From positions 189,629,739-189,675,690 of the forward strand of contig NC_068981.1 of NCBI RefSeq assembly GCF_001194135.2: a DNA stretch of 45,952 nt. Reading direction: 5' to 3'. Positions 12,675-23,276 of the stretch are shown in pieces (the first letter of the stretch is position 1; every line of letters starts with the position of its first letter). The notes under the pieces were generated by a model. That model ran no database searches. It saw only the letters and a program-made list of their open reading frames with translations, and was not told the DNA's origin. Position numbers and translations under genes: made by a program. Source of the stretch: Octopus bimaculoides. Lineage: Eukaryota.

Positions 12675-12914
12675 CAATGATTCTCAAAGTGGGACGATGA
12701 TGGGGGGTGGCGATTCATGTAAAAATTGGGACGATAATGGAGTGGCAATTCATGTAAAGACAACAAAATAATGGGTTCATTAGGTTAAGTTTTATTTGTG
12801 AAATACAGTTGCTTTGAATTTGCTTCAGAAAGAGGTCTATGTTTGTGATGGTTAGTTGGGGGTGGGGACACTAGGAATGTGGCCTGGGTTCCCGAAAAAT
12901 TTTGGGAACCACTG
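12675..12914. mobile_element. hAT (Charlie-like) MITE
   Basis: TIRs caatgattctcaaa / tttgggaaccactg; 8-bp flanks gcttataa / gttaataa (6/8); second copy at 35770-36024. Confidence 0.75.
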
Positions 12915-13004
12915 GTTAATAATAAAATTTTACATCCACTGTTATGAAATAAGGTTGTTCAGAAATAGCCCTGTACAGCCCTTAACCAGCAGCGTCACTG
13001 ATAT

Positions 13005-13272
13005 AACGTGGCACTTCGTCGGTTGCGACGACGAATGTTCCAGTTGATCAGATTAACAGAACAGCCTGCTCGTGAAATTAACGTGCAAGTGGCTGAGCAC
13101 TCCACAGACACGTATACCCTTAACGTAGTTCTCAGAGAGATTTAGTGTGACAAGGCTGGCCTTTTTAAGTATATGTACAACAGAAACAGGAAGAAAGAGT
13201 AAGAGAAAGTTGTGGTGAAAGAATACAGCAGGGTTCGCCACCATCCCCTGCCGGAGCCTCGTGGAACTTTAG
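13005..13272 (-). mobile_element. SINE family D 3' region
   Basis: Homologous to 30375-30520; runs into a gap. Confidence 0.7.
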
Positions 13273-13552
13273 NNNNNNNNNNNNNNNNNNNNNNNNNNNN
13301 NNNNNNNNNNNNNNNNNNNNNNNNNNNNNNNNNNNNNNNNNNNNNNNNNNNNNNNNNNNNNNNNNNNNNNNNNNNNNNNNNNNNNNNNNNNNNNNNNNNN
13401 NNNNNNNNNNNNNNNNNNNNNNNNNNNNNNNNNNNNNNNNNNNNNNNNNNNNNNNNNNNNNNNNNNNNNNNNNNNNNNNNNNNNNNNNNNNNNNNNNNNN
13501 NNNNNNNNNNNNNNNNNNNNNNNNNNNNNNNNNNNNNNNNNNNNNNNNNNNN

Positions 13553-13590
<38 letters not shown>

Positions 13591-13962
13591 GTCTGTTATT
13601 TATTATATGATTCTTTATCTCTTTCATCTCCGCCGCCGCCAGTAAGCACTACATTTTCCTAATGAGAAGTTGTATGTATTCATAGAAAATATATTAACTG
13701 AAACAGATTTTTCATCATAATCCCTTTCCTGCAGTGTCCATAATATAATCTCATCGTAATTTATTTTCGAATTTAATAATACACTCTCAGAAACCGAGAT
13801 TTAGTCAGATGGAACTAGAACCAAGTTTGTATGTCGCTTTTTAAGTCATGCTAAAACCCTTCTTGTAGGTTCCGCAGAGTAGCACGCAGAGAATAACTAC
13901 AGCATACAACACAGCACAATTTGTGTTGCCCTGCGGATTTCATTATCATCTCAGAGATTAAG

Positions 13963-14645
13963 GCGGTGATCTGGTAGAACTGTTAGCACGACAGGCGAAA
14001 TGCTTAGCGGTATTTCGTCTGTCTTTACGTACTGAGTTCAAATTCCGCCAAGGTCGACTTTGCCTTTCAACCCTTCGGAGTCGATAAATTAAGTACCACT
14101 TGCGTATTGGGGTCGATCTAATCGACTGGCCCCCTCCCCCAAAATGTTGGGCCTTGTGCCTAGAGAAGAAAAGAATATTTTTGTAAAGCCAAGGCGGCGA
14201 GCTGGCAGAACCGTTTGCACGTCGGGCGAAATGGTTAGTGGTATTTCGTCTGTCTTAGCGTTCTGAGTTCAAATTCTGCCGAGGGAGGTCAACTTTGCCT
14301 TTCATCTTTTTGGGGTCGATAAATTAAGAACCAGTTGTGTACTGGGGTCGATCTAATCGACCAGCCCCTTCCTCCAAAATTTCGGGCCTTGTGCCTAGAG
14401 TAGAAAAGATTATTATTTTAGAGATTGTGAGGCGGCGAGCTGCCGGAAGCGTTAGCATGCCAGACAAAATACTTAGCAGCCTTTTGTTTGACTTCACGTT
14501 CTGAGTTCAAATTCCGCCATGGTCCCTTTTATCTTTCATCCTTTCGGTATCCATAAAATAACTACCAGTTAATCACTGGGGTCCATATAATTGACTTACC
14601 GCTTCCCCTGAACTTGCTGGCATTGTGCCAAGTTTTGAAACCGTC
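13963..14645 (+). mobile_element. Three head-to-tail copies of tRNA-derived SINE family B (Meta-domain-like centre)
   Basis: Copies start at 13963, 14193 and 14431 (ggcggcgagctggcagaa...gttcaaattccgcc...gtcgactttgcctttcatcc...gtcgataaattaagtacc). Confidence 0.85.
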
Positions 14646-15224
14646 ATTTCAGAGGTTAGGCATTTTTTGTATCATAGCTTCAAGGGAGAGAAATAATCTA
14701 AAGAATAATGTGACCCCTAACTGCGAACCAAGAACCTGGAACTTCTAAGAAAGTTAGGGTTTATTGCTTCAATGACGAATGTGTGTGAAGACTGATGTTT
14801 AAAAGCAGTTTTGTACGTCAGCACTGTTAAGGACAAACTCACTTGCTTTTCACTGAAATATGATGTTCATGAAAATTTTAAATAACCATCTGCTGGTGCA
14901 AGAAGCGTATGACAGTTCCAATGATTCAGTAATGGAGAATCCAGCGACAAAGTGGTTTACACATCAACGATCTAACGGTAAAAGCATTAGTGAGTAGAAA
15001 TCCAAAATGCTGCTGCCAAGAAGTTAGGTCAGGAATTTCAAAACTAGTTATTTCTGGTTGTAGCAATTTAGAAATCATCTTATGACTATCCAAGGTGAAG
15101 CAAGCAGAGAACTACTCAAGGAAATCGAACCATTTGGGGAAAAGCTAAACGATTTGATTGTGTATGAAAGACTCCTAATTTTCTGGAAGTATAATGGGAA
15201 TGAAAGTGGGTTGTATTGAGAGGC

Positions 15225-15435
15225 GTAGGAGTGGCTGTGTGGTAAGTAGCTTGCTTACGAACTACATGGTTCCGGGTTCAGTTCCACTGCGTGGCACCTT
15301 GGGCAAGAGAGACCGATAGAATAAGTACTAGACTTACAAAGAATAAGTTCTGGGGTCGATTTGCTCGACTAAAAGCCAGTGCTCCAGCATGGCCACAGTC
15401 AAATGACTGAAAGAAGTAAAAGAATAAAAAGAGTA
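15225..15435 (+). mobile_element. SINE family A with internal deletion
   Basis: Head joins the tail directly at gggcaag|agagaccgatag. Confidence 0.85.
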
Positions 15436-15663
15436 ATAGTCTTTACTCCGAAATATCCAGTACATATATTGGTTTAGTCAGTCTCTTGCTACTCTGGAGT
15501 TTTGCTGTATGCTTGCTGTGTGCATAGTGAAAGAGGATGAGTGAGACAGAGGAAGAGAGACAGAGGTAAAGAGACAGAGACAGAGGAAGAGAGAGATTTC
15601 TTCTATAAAAGGAATAGCTTTTCTTTTGAACATAATGTATCGTAAACACGACTGTGTTCTAAT

Positions 15664-15901
15664 TCAGTCATTTTTATTAACGCTTACTCGTATTTGCGTA
15701 TCAGACCCTTGTATTTCGTTTGGAACAATAAAATTCCCAAATTCGTCTTTTAACATTAATGTTTCTGGGATATCTCAGCCTCATCTTCAGGATGTGTGTT
15801 GATTTTGGCTTCTGTGCTGCCTTTTTATATATCGTGGGCATCATATATTGATTCAGATTTTCGCACATTATATGCAGAAAAGATGAAAACATAGCAGAAA
15901 C
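15664..15901 (-). pseudogene. Exon-like coding segment of an unidentified protein, copy 1 (one frameshift in an A4 run)
   Basis: Acceptor ttttgtgtttcgtttaatcag|; reads VSAMFSSFLHIMCENLNQYMMPTIYKKAAQKPKSTHILKMRLRYPRNINVK, then after a 1-nt shift at 15748-15751 DEFGNFIVPNEIQGSDTQIRVSVNKND*; the frame is shared with two paralogous copies. Confidence 0.45.
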
Positions 15902-16319
15902 CTGATTAAACGAAACACAAAACGCACCACACGAAACCATAAACCGACACTATAAATACATAACTAAAATAAGATGCAAAGACTTCTTGCCAGGCTGTAA
16001 ACATGTAAGCCTGAGGGCAAAGTTAGGATGATCAGTGTAATTTATGAATTTGAGAGTAAGAATACCAGCTGCAGACTTTCAACATTCACCATGCATTTAA
16101 AACGAGGAGCGATTGCTGCATACAACACGACATATAATTAAACAAAGCCAGATAATAATATATTAGCAGAAATATTTCTATACTTTACAGAATTCCCCAC
16201 AGGAATAGACAACAGATTATGGAAGCAATACTAATCTTGCAACACAGAGCTACAATTAACATTCGTAATATATTTGCCAATCTGTCGACGTCGAACTTTA
16301 CGGTTTAACGCTCAAATTC

Positions 16320-16573
16320 TGTCAGGAAAGTCTGTATAAACATAAGCTAGTCGCTATAAAACGGACAACACAGAAACCGGATCCGCCACTACATCCTGAA
16401 GATGAGACTGTGATAGCATGGAAATGTTAATGATAAAGATGAATTTGGGTATTTTATTGTTCCAAACGAAACACAAGGGTTTGAGACGTAGATACGGGAA
16501 AATGTCAATAAAATGCATTGTTTTCAAAACATCATGTCCAAAAGAAAACCTCTTCTTCCTATAAAAAAATCTG

Positions 16574-16580
<7 letters not shown>
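16320..16580 (+). pseudogene. Inverted, stop-containing copy 2 of the 15664-15901 segment
   Basis: ESLYKHKLVAIKRTTQKP...MRL**HGNVNDKDEFGYFIVPNETQGFET*IRENVNK aligns codon by codon with copy 1. Confidence 0.6.
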
Positions 16581-16616
<36 letters not shown>

Positions 16617-16719
16617 GTGCATACGAAAGTACGAACGTATGTATGTATGTATGTATGTATGTATGTATGTATGTGCGTGTGTAATTATGTATGCATATAT
16701 GTATGTATGTATGTATGTA

Positions 16720-16853
16720 TCTTCTATTTTATTATTATTACAAATCTTCCATTGAGGAGGGAGCCGGTTTCCAAGAAAGATACAAGGCTCTACCTTTGGG
16801 ATGTAGTTAACACAGACAAATTTACATTTGGAACTTGAGAAAAGTCTTGCATA
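16720..16853 (+). repeat. About 130-bp dispersed repeat following (TATG)n; close inverted copy at 29562-29697
   Basis: aaatcttcca.tgagga.ggagccggtttccaa.aaagatacaaggctc...ttggaacttgagaaaagtctt nearly identical in both. Confidence 0.85.
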
Positions 16854-16869
16854 GTTTTACTGTTCCACT

Positions 16870-17120
16870 CACAGATTGCACTTGTAATGTAATAACTAAA
16901 ATAATAAGTAATTAAAAATGCGACATTTCATGTGAAACAACCTAATATTTCTAGCAGTTGAAAATCTTACCATGTAACCATTTATTTTCTTCAATGGGAA
17001 TGATAATGGATTCAGTGCCAAAATGAAAAGAAGTACAGAAAGACTATCTTCCTTCAACAGCCATGAATGAGGGATAGATTTGAATGCCTTTCTTATAGTT
17101 AAGCCATACTATCACAAGGT
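16870..17120 (-). mobile_element. Decayed non-LTR RT fragment (R4/Dong-like QGDSLS region)
   Basis: Minus strand KEDSLSVLLFILALNPLSFPLKKINGY resembles QGDSLSPLLFILALNPLSFLL...GY of RT domain 4. Confidence 0.6.
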
Positions 17121-17869
17121 TTCTGCGTTGTTTTCTTACTTCAGTCAAGTACAGCTTTGTTTATTAAAAATTGTTCGGCACANNNNNNNNNNNNNNNNNN
17201 NNNNNNNNNNNNNNNNNNNNNNNNNNNNNNNNNNNNNNNNNNNNNNNNNNNNNNNNNNNNNNNNNNNNNNNNNNNNNNNNNNNNNNNNNNNNNNNNNNNN
17301 NNNNNNNNNNNNNNNNNNNNNNNNNNNNNNNNNNNNNNNNNNNNNNNNNNNNNNNNNNNNNNNNNNNNNNNNNNNNNNNNNNNNNNNNNNNNNNNNNNNN
17401 NNNNNNNNNNNNNNNNNNNNNNNNNNNNNNNNNNNNNNNNNNNNNNNNNNNNNNNNNNNNNNNNNNNNNNNNNNNNNNNNNNNNNNNNNNNNNNNNNNNN
17501 NNNNNNNNNNNNNNNNNNNNNNNNNNNNNNNNNNNNNNNNNNNNNNNNNNNNNNNNNNNNNNNNNNNNNNNNNNNNNNNNNNNNNNNNNNNNNNNNNNNN
17601 NNNNNNNNNNNNNNNNNNNNNNNNNNNNNNNNNNNNNNNNNNNNNNNNNNNNNNNNNNNNNNNNNNNNNNNNNNNNNNNNNNNNNNNNNNNNNNNNNNNN
17701 NNNNNNNNNNNNNNNNNNNNNNNNNNNNNNNNNNNNNNNNNNNNNNNNNNNNNNNNNNNNNNNNNNNNNNNNNNNNNNNNNNNNACATACATACATACAT
17801 ATATATGGAGAGTGGTATGCGTGTGTACCATTAGTGTTGGCTGTCTGAAGAAAGAGAACTTAATACGAT

Positions 17870-17995
17870 GGTGGAGATTATTAATACATCAAGATAAAAA
17901 CTTTCCTCTCATTTTTTTTTATAACATAATCCCATCGCTTTGGCAAACTGTTGATCCCTCGAGCGTCAGATTCTTCAGGTTTCGATGTAAATAAA
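17870..17995 (-). mobile_element. Mariner transposase C-terminal fragment
   Basis: Minus strand LFTSKPEESDARGINSLPKRWDYVI matches the mariner FFxSKPxxFYxxGIxxLPxRWxxVI motif. Confidence 0.75.
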
Positions 17996-18204
17996 CACTT
18001 AATATTATTTTTAACCTCTTCACAATTAATAAAGTTTTCCCTTTAAATAATGTTGCAATGATCTGAAAAAAATATAGTCAGATGGAGCAAAGTTTTGAAG
18101 ATAAGGAAAAAAAGGCAAAACTTTGATATTTGGTGCCATGATCTTTTCCAGAATAACTTGGGGAATATATGGTCTGTGTTTTCATGTAAGAGCAACACTC
18201 CCTT

Positions 18205-18420
18205 ACGATTGGCCACGCCGGACGAAATGCTTCAAGTGACGCTGGCAACGATCACGCTTGAATGGTGCGTTTCACGTGCCACTGGCAAGGGAGCTAATCC
18301 ATGGCCCTGGCAACGATCACGCTCGGATGTGCATTTAACGTTCCACTGGCACGAGTGCCAATCAGGCGGCACTGTCATCGGCCATGTTAGCGAGTTTGAT
18401 TTGCTTGATTTGATGTGAGT
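18205..18420 (-). mobile_element. Family C retroposon, internal 66-bp repeat units only
   Basis: Units match 22685-22850 position by position. Confidence 0.75.
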
Positions 18421-18619
18421 GTATATATTTTTTGAATGACATTGTAGGTGGGTGTGATAGGCCAAATCTGGCAGGTTTGAACATAAACAAATTGACTATT
18501 TGAGCCTGATATGGTCAGTCTGGATATTAAAAAGGTAAGAGTGAATAGTGGTGGTGGTGGGGGGAATAAAAACCAACCCAGTTTCAACCAAGAACACAGG
18601 AGTTCTTTATCAATTTTCA

Positions 18620-19040
18620 TTCTTTTGTTCTCATATTTCTGTTGAAGTTGCTTTTGTTTCAATCAATTTTGGAAATAATGAAGAATTTATTAAAATAACT
18701 ATCATTTTTAATTTGGTGTTTGGGACAAATTAATATTACATTTTAATGGAAGATTTTTAACTTAAATCACTTGAAAACAGGAAGTGTGTATCAGAGAATC
18801 AGGAGCAGTTTCACATGTGCTGTAGTAAAAGAGAGGACACTTTTGATGCTGTATTTTCTTTGAAATATGCTGCTTTTGGTTCATTCAATTTTGAAAATAA
18901 TGAAGAATTTGGTAAAATAGCTGTCATTATTAAGCTGGTGTTTGGAAAATAAATTAATATGAAATTTAGAGGGAAGGTTTTATTTTAATTTAGATGACTT
19001 CAAAACAGGAAGTGTGAATCAGAGAATCAAAAGTTGTGGC
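18620..19040. mobile_element. Two degenerate tandem copies of the TTAA-MITE family
   Basis: About 220-bp period; each unit resembles the reverse complement of 41456-41675 (catatttctgttga..caattaatttt..aagaattt.gtaaaataact..gaaaacag). Confidence 0.6.
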
Positions 19041-19230
19041 CGAAGTGAGGTTAGATGCCAGTAGAAGAGATTGTGATGTGTATGAGGGGCTGGTTAGGCC
19101 ACGCCTTAAGAAATCCAGCATCCTCCTTTACATATGAGGTTCTGACATGAATCCCAAAGGGGAAGTGCGAGAGATGACCCCTGAAAGATAACTGGAGACA
19201 TGATACTGTGTGGCAGAACTGTAAAAGTAT

Positions 19231-19515
19231 GCGGTGAGCTGGCAGAAACGTTAGCATGCCGGGTGAAATGCTTAGCGGTATTTCGTCTGCCACTACGTTC
19301 TGAGTTCAAATTACGCCGAGNNNNNNNNNNTATTTCGTCTGCCACTACGTTCTGAGTTCAAATTACGCCGAGGTCGACTTTGCCTTTCATCTTTTCAGGG
19401 TTGATAAATTAAGTACCAGTTACGCACTGGGGTTGATCTAGTCGACTTAATCTCTTTGTCTGTCCTTAATCTCTTTGTCTGTCCCTCTATGTTTAGCCCC
19501 TTGTGGGCAATAAAG
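19231..19515 (+). mobile_element. SINE family B
   Basis: gcggtgagctggcagaaacgttagc head; 41 bp duplicated across a 10-N gap. Confidence 0.85.
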
Positions 19516-19714
19516 AAATAAGAACTGTAAAAGTAGGGATCCAACTTGAGAGAAACAGAAAAGACAGCCCAATGTTGAGAACAGTAGAGGCAAGTTGTTG
19601 ATGGCCCAGGATTCATAGGGATCAAAGGGCTAAAGTAAGTAAACAAGTACCAGAAAATCAGGGTCAGTGTCAGATGGGCTGGAATAAAAAAGGTTAATTT
19701 CAGACAACCAATAG

Positions 19715-19965
19715 ACTCCTTGCGCGTGGCTTAGTGGTTAGGGTGTCACCATGATCGTAAGATTGTGGTTTCGATTCCTGAACCGGGCGACACGTTGTGT
19801 ACTTGAGCAAAACACTTCATTCCATGTTGCTCCTGTCCACTAAGCTGGCAAAAATGAGTAACGCTGCGATGGACTGGTATCCTGTCCGACTGGAGAACAC
19901 ATACGACATTGAAACTGGGAAACCGGGCCCATGAGCCTGGCTAGGCTTTAAAGGGGCGCATTTAT
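19715..19965 (+). mobile_element. SINE family D, near full length
   Basis: A-box tggcttagtgg, B-box ttcgattcc, tgtgtacttgagcaaaacact...gctggcaaaaatgagta centre. Confidence 0.75.
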
Positions 19966-20072
19966 TTTTATTTAATAGACTCCTTAGAAAATGATGTTAA
20001 ATAATCACAACCACAAAAATCGTATGTCTGCAATAGAACCTTGCCACAAATCTTTGTCAAGCAGCAGCTCAC

Positions 20073-20123
20073 CATTATTCCAAATTCTACAGAGTCTGTC
20101 CATTGTTCTATGTGAGTTTCATA
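20073..20123 (-). CDS. Candidate 51-nt phase-0 exon (YETHIEQWTDSVEFGIM)
   Basis: Pyrimidine-rich run then cataag| acceptor and a strong atg|gtgagc donor; open frame; phase-compatible with the 15901 exon. No homology support. Confidence 0.25.
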
Positions 20124-20396
20124 CTTATGCACAAATAGTAATTGAGAAATAAAACAATTTAGTTTAATTTGAGAAAACAATACATAACCATTAAGGTGGA
20201 AAAAGAAAACAAACTGTTTTTAAATGTTTGAAAGAGAAGAAGAAAACCTGTCTGGGAGAAGTGATTAGGTCAGAAGTGGTTTTATTTGATTCCATATCTA
20301 AATTGTTTTCAAGTAGAGTCATTGCGCCAGAACTTTAATATATCAAGTTGGGAGATTTATTATAAAAGTGATTAAAAAAAATAGGAAAAGAAAAGC

Positions 20397-20959
20397 AATG
20401 ATGATGGTGATGATGATGACAATGATGACGATGATGATGACGACGATGACGATGATGCTGATAATGATGATGATGATAATGATGATGAAGATGATGATGG
20501 TGATGATGATGTTGATGATGATGATGCTTATAAAAAGGAAGAGGAAACTGAGGTTGGTGTTCAAGAAAATGATAACGTGCGCTGTGCCGGCAGTGGTGGT
20601 CACGATGATGTTGGTGTTGATGTGATTTCTACTGATATTGATGACGGTACTGGGGATTGTAGAGGCAATCGCAGTGGCGGTGCTGAGGGTCGTGAGGGTG
20701 GTGGTGGGTGATGGTGGTGGTGGTGGTGGGGGGTAATGGTGTTGGTACTAATGACAATGAGGGTTGTGGAAGCAGTGGTGGTAATGGTAATGCTGATGAT
20801 GGTGGGGGTGGTGATGATGATGATGATGACGAAAACAGCAGCAATGATAATGACGATGACGATGATAATGATGATGATGATGATGGTGATGATAACGACG
20901 ATGGCGATGATAATGATGATGATGATGATGATGATGATGAAGCTGATGGTGACGATGGC

Positions 20960-21006
<47 letters not shown>

Positions 21007-21135
21007 CTGCAACCATGCTGATCGCAATCACCACGATGATAGTGGTGATGATCGCAATCGCATCACAATGGCGAATAAATGGTTCTAAATGTTGTAATGT
21101 TAATGATAATGGCAACGGACAATGATAATGTTGTT
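20397..21135. repeat. Compound trinucleotide repeat (GAT/GGT/GAC)n
   Basis: Direct reading; gives poly-Met, poly-Asp and poly-Ser/Ile ORFs. Confidence 0.9.
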
Positions 21136-21179
21136 GTTATATTTTCCAAAAACCTTCAACATCATAAATATAAATGCCA

Positions 21180-21430
21180 TTACAACTTCAAAAACACTCC
21201 GCTCACATTAGCGAGGCTTTTTCTTCTTCTTCTTCTTCTTCTTGTTGTTGTCTGTAGAAAGTTTGTGTGTGTATTTCGGGATGTACGCATGATGAAATGT
21301 CAAGCCAGACGAGATATCAGTTTTTCGAATCTAAACCTAACGTAGAAGATGTGTGAAGAATAAATGTGCTTTGAGTATTGAGGTTTGCTTTGTGTCGAGT
21401 GATACACGACTTCGTAAGATCTTCATAAGT
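21180..21430. promoter_or_regulatory. CpG-rich non-repeat patch, candidate promoter or first-exon region
   Basis: About ten CpGs in 250 bp of unique AT-rich sequence, with a (CTT)n tract, between CpG-poorer flanks. Confidence 0.3.
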
Positions 21431-21669
21431 TCTCTCTTTAATAAATCTAATAATCATAAAAAGAAAAGAAAGATATATATATATATACATACATACATAT
21501 ATATNNNNNNNNNNAGAAAAAATAGATATTAATGTGATATATATTGTTCTGCAATGATAATAAAGAATATTTAAAGTCTTTATCAAAGCCATCCATCATA
21601 GAACAAAGATGAGCTTTACCAAAATCTATTGTGTATTCTTTCTCCTCTCAGCACGCTTACAACATTTGT

Positions 21670-21681
21670 TTTATTATCATT

Positions 21682-21744
<63 letters not shown>

Positions 21745-21800
21745 GTTATTATTATTATTAGTATTGTTGTTGTTGTTGTTATATTTATTTATTTATTTAT
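21670..21800. repeat. (CAT)n/(ATT)n/(GTT)n microsatellite
   Basis: Direct reading. Confidence 0.9.
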
Positions 21801-22339
21801 TTATTCATCTATCTTATTTATTCATTTAAATTTTTTTTTTTGTTTCTTTGACTTTTCGACCATCACAAGCATATTCGAATGTCTGAATGTCAGGGATCAT
21901 AAATTAATGTTATTCGTTATTTTCATAATAGCCTGATTATGACGACTAATTAGTAGGAAAGAAAAAAAAGAAAAAAAAACGCTTTTTAAGGGATACAAAA
22001 GCAAATAAATGTTAGAGGGTTCAAACTTAGTTGAAGTTCTAAATGTTTTAAATATCTTTATTGAATGCCTGATTAAACAGTTTAATAAGAATTTCTTGTG
22101 TGACCCATTCAAGCACAAAAAGTGAATGTTACAATAAATATATTCTAAAAGAGAGAATTTATAATTGTTTAATTAAGGAATATTTATAAAGTAATTTGCC
22201 AAGGTACATGCCTTACTGGTTGGGGTATTTGGTGGACAATCATAAGTTTTTTGGGGTAGATAACTTAGATTGGTTTTGACCATTATCAGCCCAGGCCGTG
22301 ACTAACTCAAAAGCACCACCAGGAATGTCTTTTAGTTAA

Positions 22340-22880
22340 TTATCATCATCATCATCATCGTTAAACGTCCACTTTCCATGCTGGCATGGGTTGGACGGTT
22401 TGACTGAGGACTGGTGAGCCAGGAGGCTGCACCAGGCTCCGATCTGATCTGGCAATGTTTCTACAGCTGGATGCCCTTCCTAATGCCAATTGCTTCAAGA
22501 GTGCAGCGGGTGCTTTTTATGTGCCACCGGCACAGGAGCCAGTCAGGCGGTACTGGCAACGACTACGCTAAAAAGATGCTTTTACATGCTACCTGCATGG
22601 GAGCCAGTCCAGCGGCACTGGCAACATCCACGCTCGAATGTTGTTTTTAACATGCCATGGGCACATGTGCCGGTAAGGCGATGCTAGCAACGATCATGCT
22701 CAAATGGTGCTTTTCACGTGTCACTGGCACGGGAGCCAATCCGTGACCCTGGCAACGATCACGCTTGGATGTACTTTTAACGTTCCATTGCCACTAGTGC
22801 CAATCAGGTGGTACTGTCATCGGAACTGTCATTTTGATTTGTTTACACTTGCCTCAATAGGTCTTCGCAAGCAAAGTTCA
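22340..22880 (-). mobile_element. Family C retroposon with (GAT)n tail and five 66-bp internal units
   Basis: Minus strand ends aggaagggcatccagctgtagaaac...ccatgccagcatggaaa.tggacgtt.aacgatgatgat. Confidence 0.85.
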
Positions 22881-23234
22881 TTGTCCAATGAATGAGGGTT
22901 ACTCATAAGTGGGCTGGTTACACCCCATGTTCGGATGTGCTTTTAACGTTCCAATTATATATACATATATATATATATATACATACATGTACACACACAT
23001 ATATATATATACATACATGTACACACATATATATATATATATACTATTCAAAAGAATTCCAACTCTGTCTGTTTTTCATGTTTTATTTATATTCTTATAA
23101 AATTAATGTGGGATATAGAATATGGAATATATAGTATATATAGTAAAATGAAATGAAGTATTGAATGTCTTATTGAATAAATGAAATATTAAATATTAAA
23201 TATTGAAGGACTAGTATACTTTCCTGCTTTCTAG

Positions 23235-23276
23235 CAGTCTTCAAGGTCCCATGTGACAGAAATGTTTCAACTCTAG
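23235..23276 (+). CDS. Candidate 42-nt phase 1-1 exon (xVFKVPCDRNVSTL)
   Basis: ttcctgctttctag| acceptor, tag|gtgact donor, open frame; signals only. Confidence 0.25.
   Translation, partial: QSSRSHVTEMFQL

Noticed and set aside
15690-15760. Resemblance of NFIVP..QGFDTQIRE to the Merlin/IS1016 NFVDP..GAHTQxIE motif
   Set aside because: The upstream catalytic-motif context is absent and no TIR/TSD was found.
19280-19372. Exact 41-bp duplication within a SINE
   Set aside because: The identical copies flank a 10-N gap, so this is a contig-overlap artefact.
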